From Syntrophobacteraceae bacterium (GTDB lineage: Bacteria > Desulfobacterota > Syntrophobacteria > Syntrophobacterales > Syntrophobacteraceae), in assembly GCA_049520315.1 (NCBI GenBank), contig JBEKPW010000002.1:38909-102908 (forward strand): a DNA stretch of 64,000 nucleotides, in the 5' to 3' direction. Numbering within the stretch: the first letter of the stretch is position 1; every line of letters starts with the position of its first letter. The notes under the pieces are model-generated. The model saw nothing but the letters and a program-made list of their open reading frames with translations, was not told where the DNA came from and made no database searches. A program made the position numbers and the translations under genes. Below are positions 17,803 to 27,261 of this stretch, piece by piece.

Positions 17803-18839
17803 CTTCTCATATCGATTGGCGAAACACCTTACCAAAGATTGTGGCCTGCATCATAGTGGTGCCGGCGTTGCTTGTTCCACTGTTCACAAACAACCCGGCA
17901 TCGCTTTCAATCGTGATTTTAAGCGGCATATGGGCCGTGGTGGCCATGGGTTTCACGCTGATTTTGTGGACGGGTCAGTTCAGTCTGGGTCAGTCCGCCT
18001 TCATGGCCATCGGCGGATATACCTCCGCTATTCTCACGGCCCATCTGGATTGGCCCTTCTGGCCGAGTTTCTTGGCGGCTGGATTAGTCTCGGGCATAGT
18101 TGCATGCGCGGTGGGCGCAGTCGTATTGAGGGTGGGCGGATTCTATTTCTCCATCATCACCCTGGCCCTTGGCGAAATAGTGCGCATTATCGCCATGCAA
18201 TGGCAATCGGTCACAAGAGGAACGCGCGGTCTGGTTACCTATCCGCCCGAGACAATCTCGTTGGGCTTTATCAACATCGATTTTACGGCGAGCACCGTAC
18301 CCTGGTATTATTTCATGATTGTTCTGGTGGCCTTCTCGGGCCTCATTTACTGGCGTATCGGCAAGAGCCGCATCGGCGGGACTTTTTTCAGCGTCGCCGC
18401 CAATCCCATGTTGGCTGAGCACCAGGGCATTCACCTTATGAAATACCGTGTCATAGCCTTTACCGTGGCCGGCGTGTTCACCGGCCTGGCCGGTTCGTTT
18501 TACGGTCACTTCCTGTCGGCCATGACGCCTTACACGCTCGGAATTCAGGAATCCATCCAGGTCATGATCATGAGCATAGTTGGCGGCATCAGCTCACTGG
18601 TCGCCGGCCCGATCGTTGGCTCCGTCGTTCTTTATAATTTGAGCCAATTTTTGCAGCGTCTGAACCTGGAGGGCATCCACCCAGTGGTGTTCGGCGGCGC
18701 CATCGTCTGCATTCTGCTTTTTCTGCCCAAGGGGACCGGCTTGGTCGACCTATGGACCAAGTTCTGGAAGCGCGTTTACGGCGAGGTGGATTTTTACGAG
18801 CTTCCCGAAGACATGGAAAAGGACATCGAAGTCCATTGA
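17799..18839 (+). CDS. livM: Branched-chain-type ABC transporter permease
   Basis: ATGA overlap with livH. 346-aa polytopic protein of the LivM family. Confidence 0.85.
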   Translation: MTSHIDWRNTLPKIVACIIVVPALLVPLFTNNPASLSIVILSGIWAVVAMGFTLILWTGQFSLGQSAFMAIGGYTSAILTAHLDWPFWPSFLAAGLVSGIVACAVGAVVLRVGGFYFSIITLALGEIVRIIAMQWQSVTRGTRGLVTYPPETISLGFINIDFTASTVPWYYFMIVLVAFSGLIYWRIGKSRIGGTFFSVAANPMLAEHQGIHLMKYRVIAFTVAGVFTGLAGSFYGHFLSAMTPYTLGIQESIQVMIMSIVGGISSLVAGPIVGSVVLYNLSQFLQRLNLEGIHPVVFGGAIVCILLFLPKGTGLVDLWTKFWKRVYGEVDFYELPEDMEKDIEVH

Positions 18840-18884
18840 ACATTTTTCGCGTTCTGTGTTGGAAACCCCCAGGGGAGGAACATA

Positions 18885-19658
18885 GTGGCACTTTTGGAGC
18901 TAAAAAATATCAGCAAAAATTTCGGCATGCTCAGGGCGCTGGACCAGATCAGCCTCAACGTGGAACAGGGTGATGTGCTGGGCATCGTCGGCCCAAACGG
19001 CTCGGGCAAAACAACCCTTATCAATGTCATCTCCGGCTATTACCAGGCTACGCAGGGCACTATCCGTTTGGATGGTAAGGATATCTGCGGTTTGCGTCCT
19101 GACCGGATCGCCGCCAGGGGCATCGCCCGGACCTTCCAGTCCAATGTGATCTACGATAGCGCCACAGTGATCGAAAGCATGTTGGTCAGCGCCTACTTGC
19201 AATACAAGACCAGCAACTGGCAGGCATTCTTTGGAACCAGGGCATACAGGGACGAGCATGAGCGCATCGTGGGGCGCGTTCTCGATATCCTCCGGCTGCT
19301 CGATCTGTTTAACGACACTTTCATTCCAGGGGAAAAGCTCTCGTATGGTTATCAAAGAATGCTGGGCATCGCCATAGCGCTGTCAGCCGACCCTAAAATC
19401 TTGATGCTGGACGAGCCCACTACAGGCATGAATCATCAAGAAGCCATGTTCGTGGTTGAAAACATTAAAAAGATCAGGGAGCAGGGGGTCACCATCATCA
19501 TCATCGAACATAACATGAGGGTTGTGGCCAACTTAGCGACCAACGTGGTTGTGCTCAACTTCGGGACCAAAATCGCCGAAGGCGAACCCCACATGGTCAT
19601 GAACAACCGGGAAGTGATTGAGGCCTATCTGGGTACCGAAACCTTCAGTTCGAATTAG
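18885..19658 (+). CDS. livG: ABC transporter ATP-binding protein (LivG type)
   Basis: GTG start after GGGGAGGAAC. Walker A GPNGSGKTT, signature LSYGYQR, Walker B LMLDEP. Confidence 0.9.
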   Translation: MALLELKNISKNFGMLRALDQISLNVEQGDVLGIVGPNGSGKTTLINVISGYYQATQGTIRLDGKDICGLRPDRIAARGIARTFQSNVIYDSATVIESMLVSAYLQYKTSNWQAFFGTRAYRDEHERIVGRVLDILRLLDLFNDTFIPGEKLSYGYQRMLGIAIALSADPKILMLDEPTTGMNHQEAMFVVENIKKIREQGVTIIIIEHNMRVVANLATNVVVLNFGTKIAEGEPHMVMNNREVIEAYLGTETFSSN

Positions 19659-19720
19659 TACCTGAGTGGCCAGTGGCTTCCCGGCGCCATCTGTTCGGGA
19701 CGATTTTAAGGGAATCAGCG

Positions 19721-20425
19721 ATGCTAGAGCTACGGAACGTCTGGGTTTACTATGATAAGAATCCGGCAGTGCGGAATCTCAGCCTGACCGTCAACGCGGG
19801 CGACTTTGTCACCATCCTGGGTGCGAACGGAGCGGGTAAGTCGTCCACACTCAACGGCATCAGCGGCTTGGTCAAGGTTAAACGCGGCGAGATCTTCTTC
19901 GAGGGGCAAACAATCACCGGTCTGAACCCTGCAGACATTGCTTCCAGGGGACTCATTCAGATACCTGAGGGACGCAAACTGTTTCCCTTGCTCACTGTTA
20001 AAGAAAACCTCCAATTGGGCGCCTATCTGCAAACCGACAAAGCCCAGATCAAGCGTTCCATGGAGCAGACATTAAGTTTTTTCCCGGCGCTCGAGGGCAA
20101 ACTCAAAGTCCAGGCGCGCATGCTCAGCGGCGGTCAGCAGCAGATGGTAGCCATTGCCCGGGGCATGATGGCACGGCCAAAAATGCTTTTGCTCGACGAA
20201 CCGTCGCTGGGGCTCAGTCCATTATTGCGTCAGCAACTTGCCGAACACTTCCAAGAGATCCATCGCCAGGGGATTACGGTTGTTCTGGTGGAACAGAACG
20301 CACGCCTTGGCTTGATGCTGGCTCACTACGGCTATGTGATTGAAAACGGCAGACTGACTATGCAGGGCAAAACCGAAGATCTGCTGAATGACGTCAATGT
20401 GAAAAAAGCTTACCTGGGAGTCTAA
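19721..20425 (+). CDS. livF: ABC transporter ATP-binding protein (LivF type)
   Basis: Walker A GANGAGKSS, signature LSGGQQQ, Walker B LLLDEPS. Confidence 0.9.
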   Translation: MLELRNVWVYYDKNPAVRNLSLTVNAGDFVTILGANGAGKSSTLNGISGLVKVKRGEIFFEGQTITGLNPADIASRGLIQIPEGRKLFPLLTVKENLQLGAYLQTDKAQIKRSMEQTLSFFPALEGKLKVQARMLSGGQQQMVAIARGMMARPKMLLLDEPSLGLSPLLRQQLAEHFQEIHRQGITVVLVEQNARLGLMLAHYGYVIENGRLTMQGKTEDLLNDVNVKKAYLGV

Positions 20426-20441
20426 GGTATTCCCCCCCGCA

Positions 20442-20473
20442 GCGCCGCTGCTTTTCGTAGCGGCGCGTTTTTG
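20442..20473 (+). terminator. Rho-independent terminator after livF
   Basis: GCGCCGCT-gcttttcgt-AGCGGCGC followed by GTTTTT. Confidence 0.8.
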
Positions 20474-20761
20474 TCTCCGGGCAGTTGGCACAATTTGAAA
20501 TCGTTAAAGGCAGCCGCTGTCCGGGCTCGAAACGGAAGGCCTTAAGACTGGTATTCACGTGGGCTTTCGCGTATATAAATTGGTCCACTTCAAAATATAT
20601 GGGACTCCGTTTGATCGAATTTGAACACTTTGCAGGTTTAAGGCCCTGCAGTCTGTAGGGGAGTACGTTTGCCGTGGTTGCAGGAGATCCGCGTATCCGC
20701 GATAAATAACCTTTTCCGGGGTGCATTTTTCCCGATTACTCACAGCTTGGAGGTTTCGATC

Positions 20762-22429
20762 ATGGAATCAAGGCCCTGGCAACGTCATTATGATTTCGAT
20801 GTTCCGCTCACTGTTCGATACCCTCGTATCCCTATCCACCAACTACTCAACATCCCGACGAACTACTTTCCCGACAAGGCGGCGCTGAATTTTTACGGAA
20901 CCGAGATGACGTTCCTGGAGCTGCGCAGTAATGTGTGGCGCATGGCGGAAGCCCTTGGAAACCTGGGTGTGCGAAAGGGTGACCGGGTGGGCATGAATAT
21001 GCCTAATTGTCCCCAATACGTTATCGCCAACTACGCGGCCATGTGCCTGGGGGCGGTCGTGGTGAACCTGAATCCGATGTATACAGCCGCTGAGTTGAAG
21101 CACGCAGCCGAGGCGACGGGTATGACGACCCTTTTCACCTTCGATATGGTCCTTCCCTTTATCAGCCGGCTTTGTCAGGAAGTAGACATTCCCCGGGTTA
21201 TAGTGACCAAGCCGTCGGACTTCATTAAGGGGGTCCCATGCAGCACTAAGCAGAGCCTGGAACTGGAAACGAAATGGCATCATTTCTCCGAGTTCCTGAA
21301 TGGCAGCCCTTCCAAGCGCCCAAAGGTCCAGGTGAACCCGGAGGACCCCTGCATGATTCAGTTCACCGGCGGGACCACCGGCGTACCAAAACCCGCGCTG
21401 CTCACGCACGCGAACCTGGTGGCCGCAGCGTTTCAGTGCTACCTGTGGGGCTCCATTACAACCAGGCTCACTCCACCCGAACGGAGCACAGTGATGGCAG
21501 TGCTCCCGTACTTCCACGTGTATGGCAACATCGTTGTCATGAACTGGGCAATGCTTGCCTGCGCCACCCAAATAGTGTTCCCGAGATTTCAGATCGACGA
21601 GATCGTGGGTGTTATGGCAAAATTCAAGGACATCTCTTTCTTTCCGGCTGTGCCCACCATGATTACAGCGTTGCTGAACCATCCCAAGTTGGAAGAGCTT
21701 GAACTGGGCAAAAAGCTGGGCCTCCTTAACTCAGGCGCCGCCCCTATGCCGCAGGAAATAATCGAGCAGGTCAGGGATTTAGGCATCTACTTTAGCGAGG
21801 GTTGGGGGATGAGCGAGACAACGGCCCTGGGGATAACCAACCCCATCCTGGGCTTAAAGAAGACGGGCGGCATAGGGGTCCCGTTGCCCGACACCGACAT
21901 TAAAATCGTGGACGTTGAGAACGGCGTGGAAGAGGTTAAGCAGGGCGAGCCGGGTGAGCTTCTCATCAAGAGCCCGTGCGTCATGAAAGAGTATTATGGC
22001 AATCCTGAAGCGACTGCGGAGCAGCTCAAGAACGGATGGCTCAGCACCGGGGATATAGTGGTTCGCGACGAAGATGACTATATATTCGTCGTAGACCGCA
22101 AGAAAGATATGGTGATCGCCGGTGGGTTCAATATTTATCCACGGGAGATCGACGAGGTGCTCTTCGAACATCCCAAGATCCTGGACGCCGTGGCTGTGGG
22201 TATTCCGGATGCGTATCGCGGAGAGACGCTCAAGGCCTACATAGTCCTTAGGCCTGGAGAGACCGTTACTGGCGAGGATATCATCGCTTTCTGCAAGGAG
22301 AAGCTCGCAGCTTACAAGGTTCCCAGATCGATCGAGTTCCGGGACGAGCTCCCCAAATCGGCTGTAGGAAAGATACTGCGAAAGATCTTGAGGGACGAGG
22401 AAGAAGCTAAACTGAAGTCAGAAGCGTGA
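20762..22429 (+). CDS. AMP-forming acyl-CoA ligase (long/medium-chain fatty acid-CoA ligase family)
   Basis: GGAGG RBS before ATG 20762. AMP-binding motif IQFTGGTTGVPKPALLTH, GWGMSET, and C-terminal PKSAVGKILRK. Confidence 0.9.
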   Translation: MESRPWQRHYDFDVPLTVRYPRIPIHQLLNIPTNYFPDKAALNFYGTEMTFLELRSNVWRMAEALGNLGVRKGDRVGMNMPNCPQYVIANYAAMCLGAVVVNLNPMYTAAELKHAAEATGMTTLFTFDMVLPFISRLCQEVDIPRVIVTKPSDFIKGVPCSTKQSLELETKWHHFSEFLNGSPSKRPKVQVNPEDPCMIQFTGGTTGVPKPALLTHANLVAAAFQCYLWGSITTRLTPPERSTVMAVLPYFHVYGNIVVMNWAMLACATQIVFPRFQIDEIVGVMAKFKDISFFPAVPTMITALLNHPKLEELELGKKLGLLNSGAAPMPQEIIEQVRDLGIYFSEGWGMSETTALGITNPILGLKKTGGIGVPLPDTDIKIVDVENGVEEVKQGEPGELLIKSPCVMKEYYGNPEATAEQLKNGWLSTGDIVVRDEDDYIFVVDRKKDMVIAGGFNIYPREIDEVLFEHPKILDAVAVGIPDAYRGETLKAYIVLRPGETVTGEDIIAFCKEKLAAYKVPRSIEFRDELPKSAVGKILRKILRDEEEAKLKSEA

Positions 22430-22452
22430 GGCAAGCGGCGGGGGAGTGTGGA

Positions 22453-22515
22453 GGAGGACTGGGGGCTGAGGACTGAGGACTGAGGACTGAGGACTGAGGA
22501 CTGGGGTCTGAGGGT
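22453..22515 (+). repeat. Heptamer tandem repeat (TGAGGAC)n
   Basis: Five perfect TGAGGAC units at 22467-22501, flanked by degenerate units and followed by GGGTTTTTG. Starts 24 nt after the ligase stop. Confidence 0.9.
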
Positions 22516-22691
22516 TTTTGAACAGAACAAGAGGGAGGGCATAAAGCCCTCCCCTACGAAAGAACTGCGCAACAATGCCGGAGGGGCGAGGTTTTTCTAC
22601 GTCAAAAAAATCCCTGCCCGCTCTTGAACGCAATTCTTCCTGCCGCCTGCGTCACCCGCGAAGCATGAAAACGGCATTTTCCAGGTTGGTA

Positions 22692-23033
22692 TCAAAAGGT
22701 CGTGGGCCAGTTTGCAAGCAGCCTCTGACTGCGGTGCCCCCCATCACTCCCCCTGGCCAGGCTGAGTATCCGGCTCAGAACTCTCCGCGTATCACGCGGA
22801 TCGATCACGTCTTCCAGCAAGTGTAAGCCCGCTGCTTTCCAGGGAGCGCCTGCGGCCCTGATCTGTCGTTCGGCCTGCTCCCGCGCGGCTTTGACATCAT
22901 CTGACTCGTCGATTTTTCTGCGATACACAACATTAGCCGCAACTTCCGGCGCCATGAAGCTGATTTCCGCGTTCGGCCATGCAAGGACGAAATCAGCGCC
23001 CATCCCTGTGCCGCACATGTTCGAATACGCCAT
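22692..23033 (-). pseudogene. C-terminal remnant of an acyl-CoA carboxyltransferase (beta-subunit type)
   Basis: The 113 aa (CGTGMGADFVLAWPNAEISFMAPEVAANVVYRRKI...LLEDVIDPRDTRRVL) correspond only to the last ~110 residues of ~500-aa carboxyltransferases. The next gene's stop is 40 nt upstream, so there is no room for the rest. Confidence 0.65.
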
Positions 23034-23073
23034 TCAAGCGCATCTCTCATCCCCATTCGCTGTTACCTCTTCA

Positions 23074-23877
23074 TCAATATTTCATGCCAGGCAAGTTGAG
23101 TGAGGCCGTATTGCCGCCGTCGACCGGAAGGGCTTGACCGGTAATATAACTGGCTTCATCACTGGCCAGAAAAAGGATGGCTGCGGCTATCTCTTCCGGC
23201 CGGCCATAGCGCCGCAACTCGCAGCGGCTGCCCAATTTATCGAACTTCCCCTTTGTTCGTGCAAGATCGAATACGGGCTTTGTCATGCCCGTCTCGATCA
23301 AACCGGGACAGACCGCATTCACCCGGATATTGAATCCACCCAGGTCGCACGCTGAAGTCTGGGTAAAGCTAATGAGGGCGGCTTTGCTGGCGCTGTAGGC
23401 ATTGCCTCCCGCTCCGGAGCGGATACCGGCTACCGAAGCCGTATTGACTATTGCGCCCTTTTTGCGTTCCATCATGTGCGCGGCGGCATGCTTAGTGGTG
23501 AATACCGCCGCCATGACGTTCACCCCGAAAATTTTATTCCAGTCTTCCCTGTCTTGTTCTTCCAACGTGGTCAACCGCCCCGTAATTCCCGCGTTGTTGC
23601 ATATAATGTCGATTACGGAGTAGGTTTGAAGCGCCAGGTCGACCAAACTCTTAACCTCATGCTCATTGGAGACGTCCGTTTTCTGTATAACCGTCTGGCC
23701 CCCTTGCTCAAGAACAAGGTTCTGCGTTTGTCTCAGCCCTTCTTCATTCCAATCGGCCAGGACGAGCTTCGCCCCTTCCCGGGAAAAAAGAACTGCCGCA
23801 GCACGGCCAATGCCGCTGGCGGCCCCGGTGATAATGGCGACCTTCCCCTCAAGCCGGCCCTCCCTATCGGTCTTCAT
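23074..23877 (-). CDS. Short-chain dehydrogenase/reductase (SDR)
   Basis: GGGGGAGGAAAT before ATG 23877. TGAASGIGRA cofactor motif, NNAG, catalytic YSASKAA. Confidence 0.9.
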   Translation of the reverse strand: MKTDREGRLEGKVAIITGAASGIGRAAAVLFSREGAKLVLADWNEEGLRQTQNLVLEQGGQTVIQKTDVSNEHEVKSLVDLALQTYSVIDIICNNAGITGRLTTLEEQDREDWNKIFGVNVMAAVFTTKHAAAHMMERKKGAIVNTASVAGIRSGAGGNAYSASKAALISFTQTSACDLGGFNIRVNAVCPGLIETGMTKPVFDLARTKGKFDKLGSRCELRRYGRPEEIAAAILFLASDEASYITGQALPVDGGNTASLNLPGMKY

Positions 23878-23989
23878 ATTTCCTCCCCCAAAAAAATCGG
23901 CAAAACCGAAAGTGCCCCTCCCCGCCGAACCGGGAAGGGGCACGTGGAACAATCAAGTCATGCCTTTATGATGCAAAGAAGTGTTCGAA

Positions 23990-25489
23990 TTACTTCTTCC
24001 GCTCCTTGTCTAAAGCGTTCCGGTCGCCTCCGCTCATGCCGGCGATGTACCGCACCAGATTCTTCCTGGACTCGATGTCGTACTGGCTGGTGATGGCGAT
24101 CTGCTCCATGACCGGCGAGCCGCCGCCATGGTAATTTCCCACCTTGGATATGCCGCCGGTGGCTGAACACAGGATGTCGCCCAGGTAACGCCAGAACTGC
24201 GCTTGATCCTCCGATGGCATTTTGGGGTTGCGCTTGGTGTACTTGAGTAAGAGGTCGCCTGTTTCGGGGTTCATGAAGTCCTTTTCGTGAGGGAAAGTGG
24301 CCACCACTCCGCCCGCAATGTCGCAAAGGATCTCTGCTTCCCGGTAAACGGCTTCACCCGACAAGCAGCGGCCCACGTTGCAATAAATGGAATTCGGAAT
24401 ATAAGATCCGGGTCCATAGGGGACAAAACCCATGCCCGGAATGTAAACTTCCGGTTTGCCCATGGCCGAAGCCGTGTATCCCGCGGCATAACCCAACTCC
24501 GTGGTCATGATGATCTCGGCCAGCTTCTCCCTGACGTGGGAAGCCTTATGAACGTTGTTAACCTCGGCTGCCAGGGCTGCAGTCCCTAAAAGCAGATCGC
24601 CGATGGCCGGCTTACAACCTGAATACGAATGCCGGTGAAACAGAGCGAAAAGCAGAGCCATCACTCCTCCGTGCTGCGATTCGCCTGCCATGAATACCCT
24701 TTCCCACGGAACAAAGCAGTCGTCAAAAATCATATAGGAATCCGTGGCGCCTTGCATGAACCCTCGCTGGAAGTGTTCTCTGGGCCTGAGGTTATGAGCA
24801 GTCATTACCTGCTTCAACCCGTCCCAGTCTCCTGGAACGGCAAAGGCCACGGCGTAGTCTTTATCTTCGGGGCGCAATGCCCTGGTGGGAACCACCAGCA
24901 CCTCGTCGGCCACGGATGCTTCTGAGATGTGCACCTTGCATCCGCTGACCACTATGCCGTCCTTAAGCCTTTCCTTGATATGCACATAAGCGTCCGGATC
25001 CGGCTGCTCGGCAGGCCGCAGCATCCTGTCGCCCTTGACGTCTGTCTGAGCGGCACAGCCAATCAAATCCTCGGTCTGAAAACGCGTCAGCCATTTCTTG
25101 AAGTTCTCATGGTACTGGGTGGCGCCTTTGTTGACCTTGTCCGCTTCGTATGAAACGTTGTAAATGGCATTAGTGGCGTCGCACCCCATGCAGCGCTGGA
25201 TGCAGCCGCCCACCTGTTGACACAGTTGGCGGGTCATGTCCTGCTTCTTGTGCAGGTCGTCCGCGTTCTGATGAATGTGAGTGAAACGATTGATCCTCTC
25301 CCCCGTGAGATGAGAGATGGCCGTCAACAAGGTTTGATTCTCCGGTTTGGCCGCCTCATCGTAGGTGGTTCCTATGGTGTTGAGACATGCCATCTGCAAT
25401 TCGTCTGTGCGTTCGATGAGAGATCCATTGAAATAGACGTTTCTCTTCATCTTGGCCAGACCTTGGATATATTGTTCCTTGGTTCTCAT
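23990..25489 (-). CDS. 4-hydroxybutyryl-CoA dehydratase/vinylacetyl-CoA isomerase family protein, paralog 1
   Basis: AGGAGA RBS before ATG 25489 (MRTKEQYIQGL...). Cluster-ligand pattern C-x3-C (GGCIQRCMGC) and H-x6-C (FHRHSYSGC), as in AbfD. Confidence 0.85.
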   Translation of the reverse strand: MRTKEQYIQGLAKMKRNVYFNGSLIERTDELQMACLNTIGTTYDEAAKPENQTLLTAISHLTGERINRFTHIHQNADDLHKKQDMTRQLCQQVGGCIQRCMGCDATNAIYNVSYEADKVNKGATQYHENFKKWLTRFQTEDLIGCAAQTDVKGDRMLRPAEQPDPDAYVHIKERLKDGIVVSGCKVHISEASVADEVLVVPTRALRPEDKDYAVAFAVPGDWDGLKQVMTAHNLRPREHFQRGFMQGATDSYMIFDDCFVPWERVFMAGESQHGGVMALLFALFHRHSYSGCKPAIGDLLLGTAALAAEVNNVHKASHVREKLAEIIMTTELGYAAGYTASAMGKPEVYIPGMGFVPYGPGSYIPNSIYCNVGRCLSGEAVYREAEILCDIAGGVVATFPHEKDFMNPETGDLLLKYTKRNPKMPSEDQAQFWRYLGDILCSATGGISKVGNYHGGGSPVMEQIAITSQYDIESRKNLVRYIAGMSGGDRNALDKERKK

Positions 25490-25734
25490 TTCGTCTCCTG
25501 AAAGATGGGGCAGTGAAATTGGAATCAGGGTTTCAAATAATGCGGTAACCTGCCGGTCAGAACCACGATTGGCTTGATCAGAGGTACGCAAAGTCCTTAC
25601 ATCGTTGGCAGGGACGCTCGCACGCACCATCATTTCGCATGCGAGCACCCTGTATTGCCGCCGTCTCCCGGGCAAGCCTTTTCTGGCAACCCGGGTTGGC
25701 ATCACTTGTTAGAAAGTACATTGGTATTAGGAGT

Positions 25735-27261
25735 CTACGGGCGGCTTGGACTTATTTTTTGCTCCTGCTTGTCCTGCTTGCTTAAGGCCTCTCTATCCCC
25801 ACCGCTCATGCCGGCGATGTACCTTACCAGCTTCTTCCTGGACTCGATGTCGTACTGGCTGGTGATGGCGATCTGCTCCATAACCGGTGAGCCGCCGCCA
25901 TGGTAGTTGCCTACTTGGGTTATGCCGCCGCTGGCAGAGCACAGGATGTCGCCCATGTAACGCCAGAACTGGGCCTGATCCTCCGGCGCCATTTTGGGGT
26001 TGCGTTTGGTATATTTGAGGAGCAGGTCTTTGGTCTCGGGGTTCACGAAGTCCCTCTCGTGAGGGAAAGTGGCCACTACTCCGCCCGCGATGTCGCAAAG
26101 GATCTCAGCTTCCCTGAAAACGGCTTCACCCGACAAGCAGCGGCCCACGTTGCAATAAATCGAATTCGGAATGTAAGATCCCGGTCCATAGGGAACAAAA
26201 CCCATGCCCGGCATGTAAACTTCCGGTTTGCCCATGTCTGAAGCCGTGTATCCCGCGGCATAACCCAACTCCGTGGTCATGATGATCTCGGCCAGCTTCT
26301 CCCTGACATGGGATGCCTTATGAACGTTGTTAACCTCGGCTGCCAGGGCCGCAGTCCCCAAGAGGATATCGCCGATGGCCGGTTTACAACCTGAATATGA
26401 ATGCCGGTGAAACAGAGCGAAAAGGAGAGCCAGCACCCCTCCGTGCTGCCATTCACCCGCCATGAATACCCTTTCCCACGGAACAAAGCAGTCGTCAAAA
26501 ATCATATAGGAATCCGTGGCGCCTGGCATGAACCCTCGCTTGAAGTGCTCTCTGGGTCTGAGGTTATGAGCAGTCATTACCTGCTTCAACCCGTCCCAGT
26601 CTCCTGGAACGGCAAAGGCCACGGCGTAGTCATTATCTTCCGGGCGCAATGCCCTGGTGGGAACCACCAGAACCTCGTCGGACACGGAGGCCTCTGAGAT
26701 GTGCACCTTGCATCCGCTGACCACTATGCCGTCCTTAAGCCTCTCCTTGATATGCACATAAGCGTCCGGATTCGGCTGCTCGGCAGGCCGCAGCATCCTG
26801 TCGCCCTTGATGTCTGTCTGGGCGGCACAGCCAATCAAGTCCTCGGTCTGAAAACGCATCAGCCATTTCTTGAAGTTCTCATGGTAGTGGGTGGCACCTT
26901 TGTTGACCTTGTCCGCTTCGTATGAAACGTTGTAAATGGCATTAGTGGCGTCGCACCCCATGCAGCGCTGGATGCAGCCGCCCACTTTTTGACACAATTG
27001 GCGGGTCATGTCCTGCTTCTTGTGCAGGTCGTCGGTGTCCTGATGAATGTGAGTGAAACGATTGATCCTCTCACCCGTGAGATGAGAGATGGCCGTCAAC
27101 AAGGTTTGATTCTCCGGTTTGGCCGCCTCATCGTACGTTGTCCCTATGGTGTCGAGACATGCCATCTGCAATTCGTCTGTGCGGTCGATGAGAGATCCAT
27201 TGAAATAGACGTTTCTCTTCATCTTGGCCAGACCTTGGATATATTGTTCCTTCGTTCTCAT
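25735..27261 (-). CDS. 4-hydroxybutyryl-CoA dehydratase/vinylacetyl-CoA isomerase family protein, paralog 2
   Basis: GGAGGCAAC before ATG 27261. Roughly 90% identical to paralog 1 over the whole length, with the same C-x3-C and H-x6-C motifs and a different C-terminal tail. Confidence 0.85.
   Translation of the reverse strand: MRTKEQYIQGLAKMKRNVYFNGSLIDRTDELQMACLDTIGTTYDEAAKPENQTLLTAISHLTGERINRFTHIHQDTDDLHKKQDMTRQLCQKVGGCIQRCMGCDATNAIYNVSYEADKVNKGATHYHENFKKWLMRFQTEDLIGCAAQTDIKGDRMLRPAEQPNPDAYVHIKERLKDGIVVSGCKVHISEASVSDEVLVVPTRALRPEDNDYAVAFAVPGDWDGLKQVMTAHNLRPREHFKRGFMPGATDSYMIFDDCFVPWERVFMAGEWQHGGVLALLFALFHRHSYSGCKPAIGDILLGTAALAAEVNNVHKASHVREKLAEIIMTTELGYAAGYTASDMGKPEVYMPGMGFVPYGPGSYIPNSIYCNVGRCLSGEAVFREAEILCDIAGGVVATFPHERDFVNPETKDLLLKYTKRNPKMAPEDQAQFWRYMGDILCSASGGITQVGNYHGGGSPVMEQIAITSQYDIESRKKLVRYIAGMSGGDREALSKQDKQEQKISPSRP

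Noticed and set aside
22453-22515. Could the short tandem and dispersed repeats be CRISPR arrays?
   Set aside because: The units are 7-8 bp with no unique spacers. The longer elements are single palindromes rather than regularly spaced 25-40 bp repeats, and no cas genes are present.
25530-25560. Possible sigma-54 promoter (CGGCAGGTTACCGCATT on the coding strand) conserved upstream of both dehydratase paralogs; second copy at about 27312-27330.
   Set aside because: When aligned to TGGCAC-N5-TTGC, the GC of the -12 element is one nt too close to the GG of the -24 element, and that spacing is normally invariant. No enhancer-binding protein gene is nearby. Conservation between the two copies is explained by the recent tandem duplication alone.
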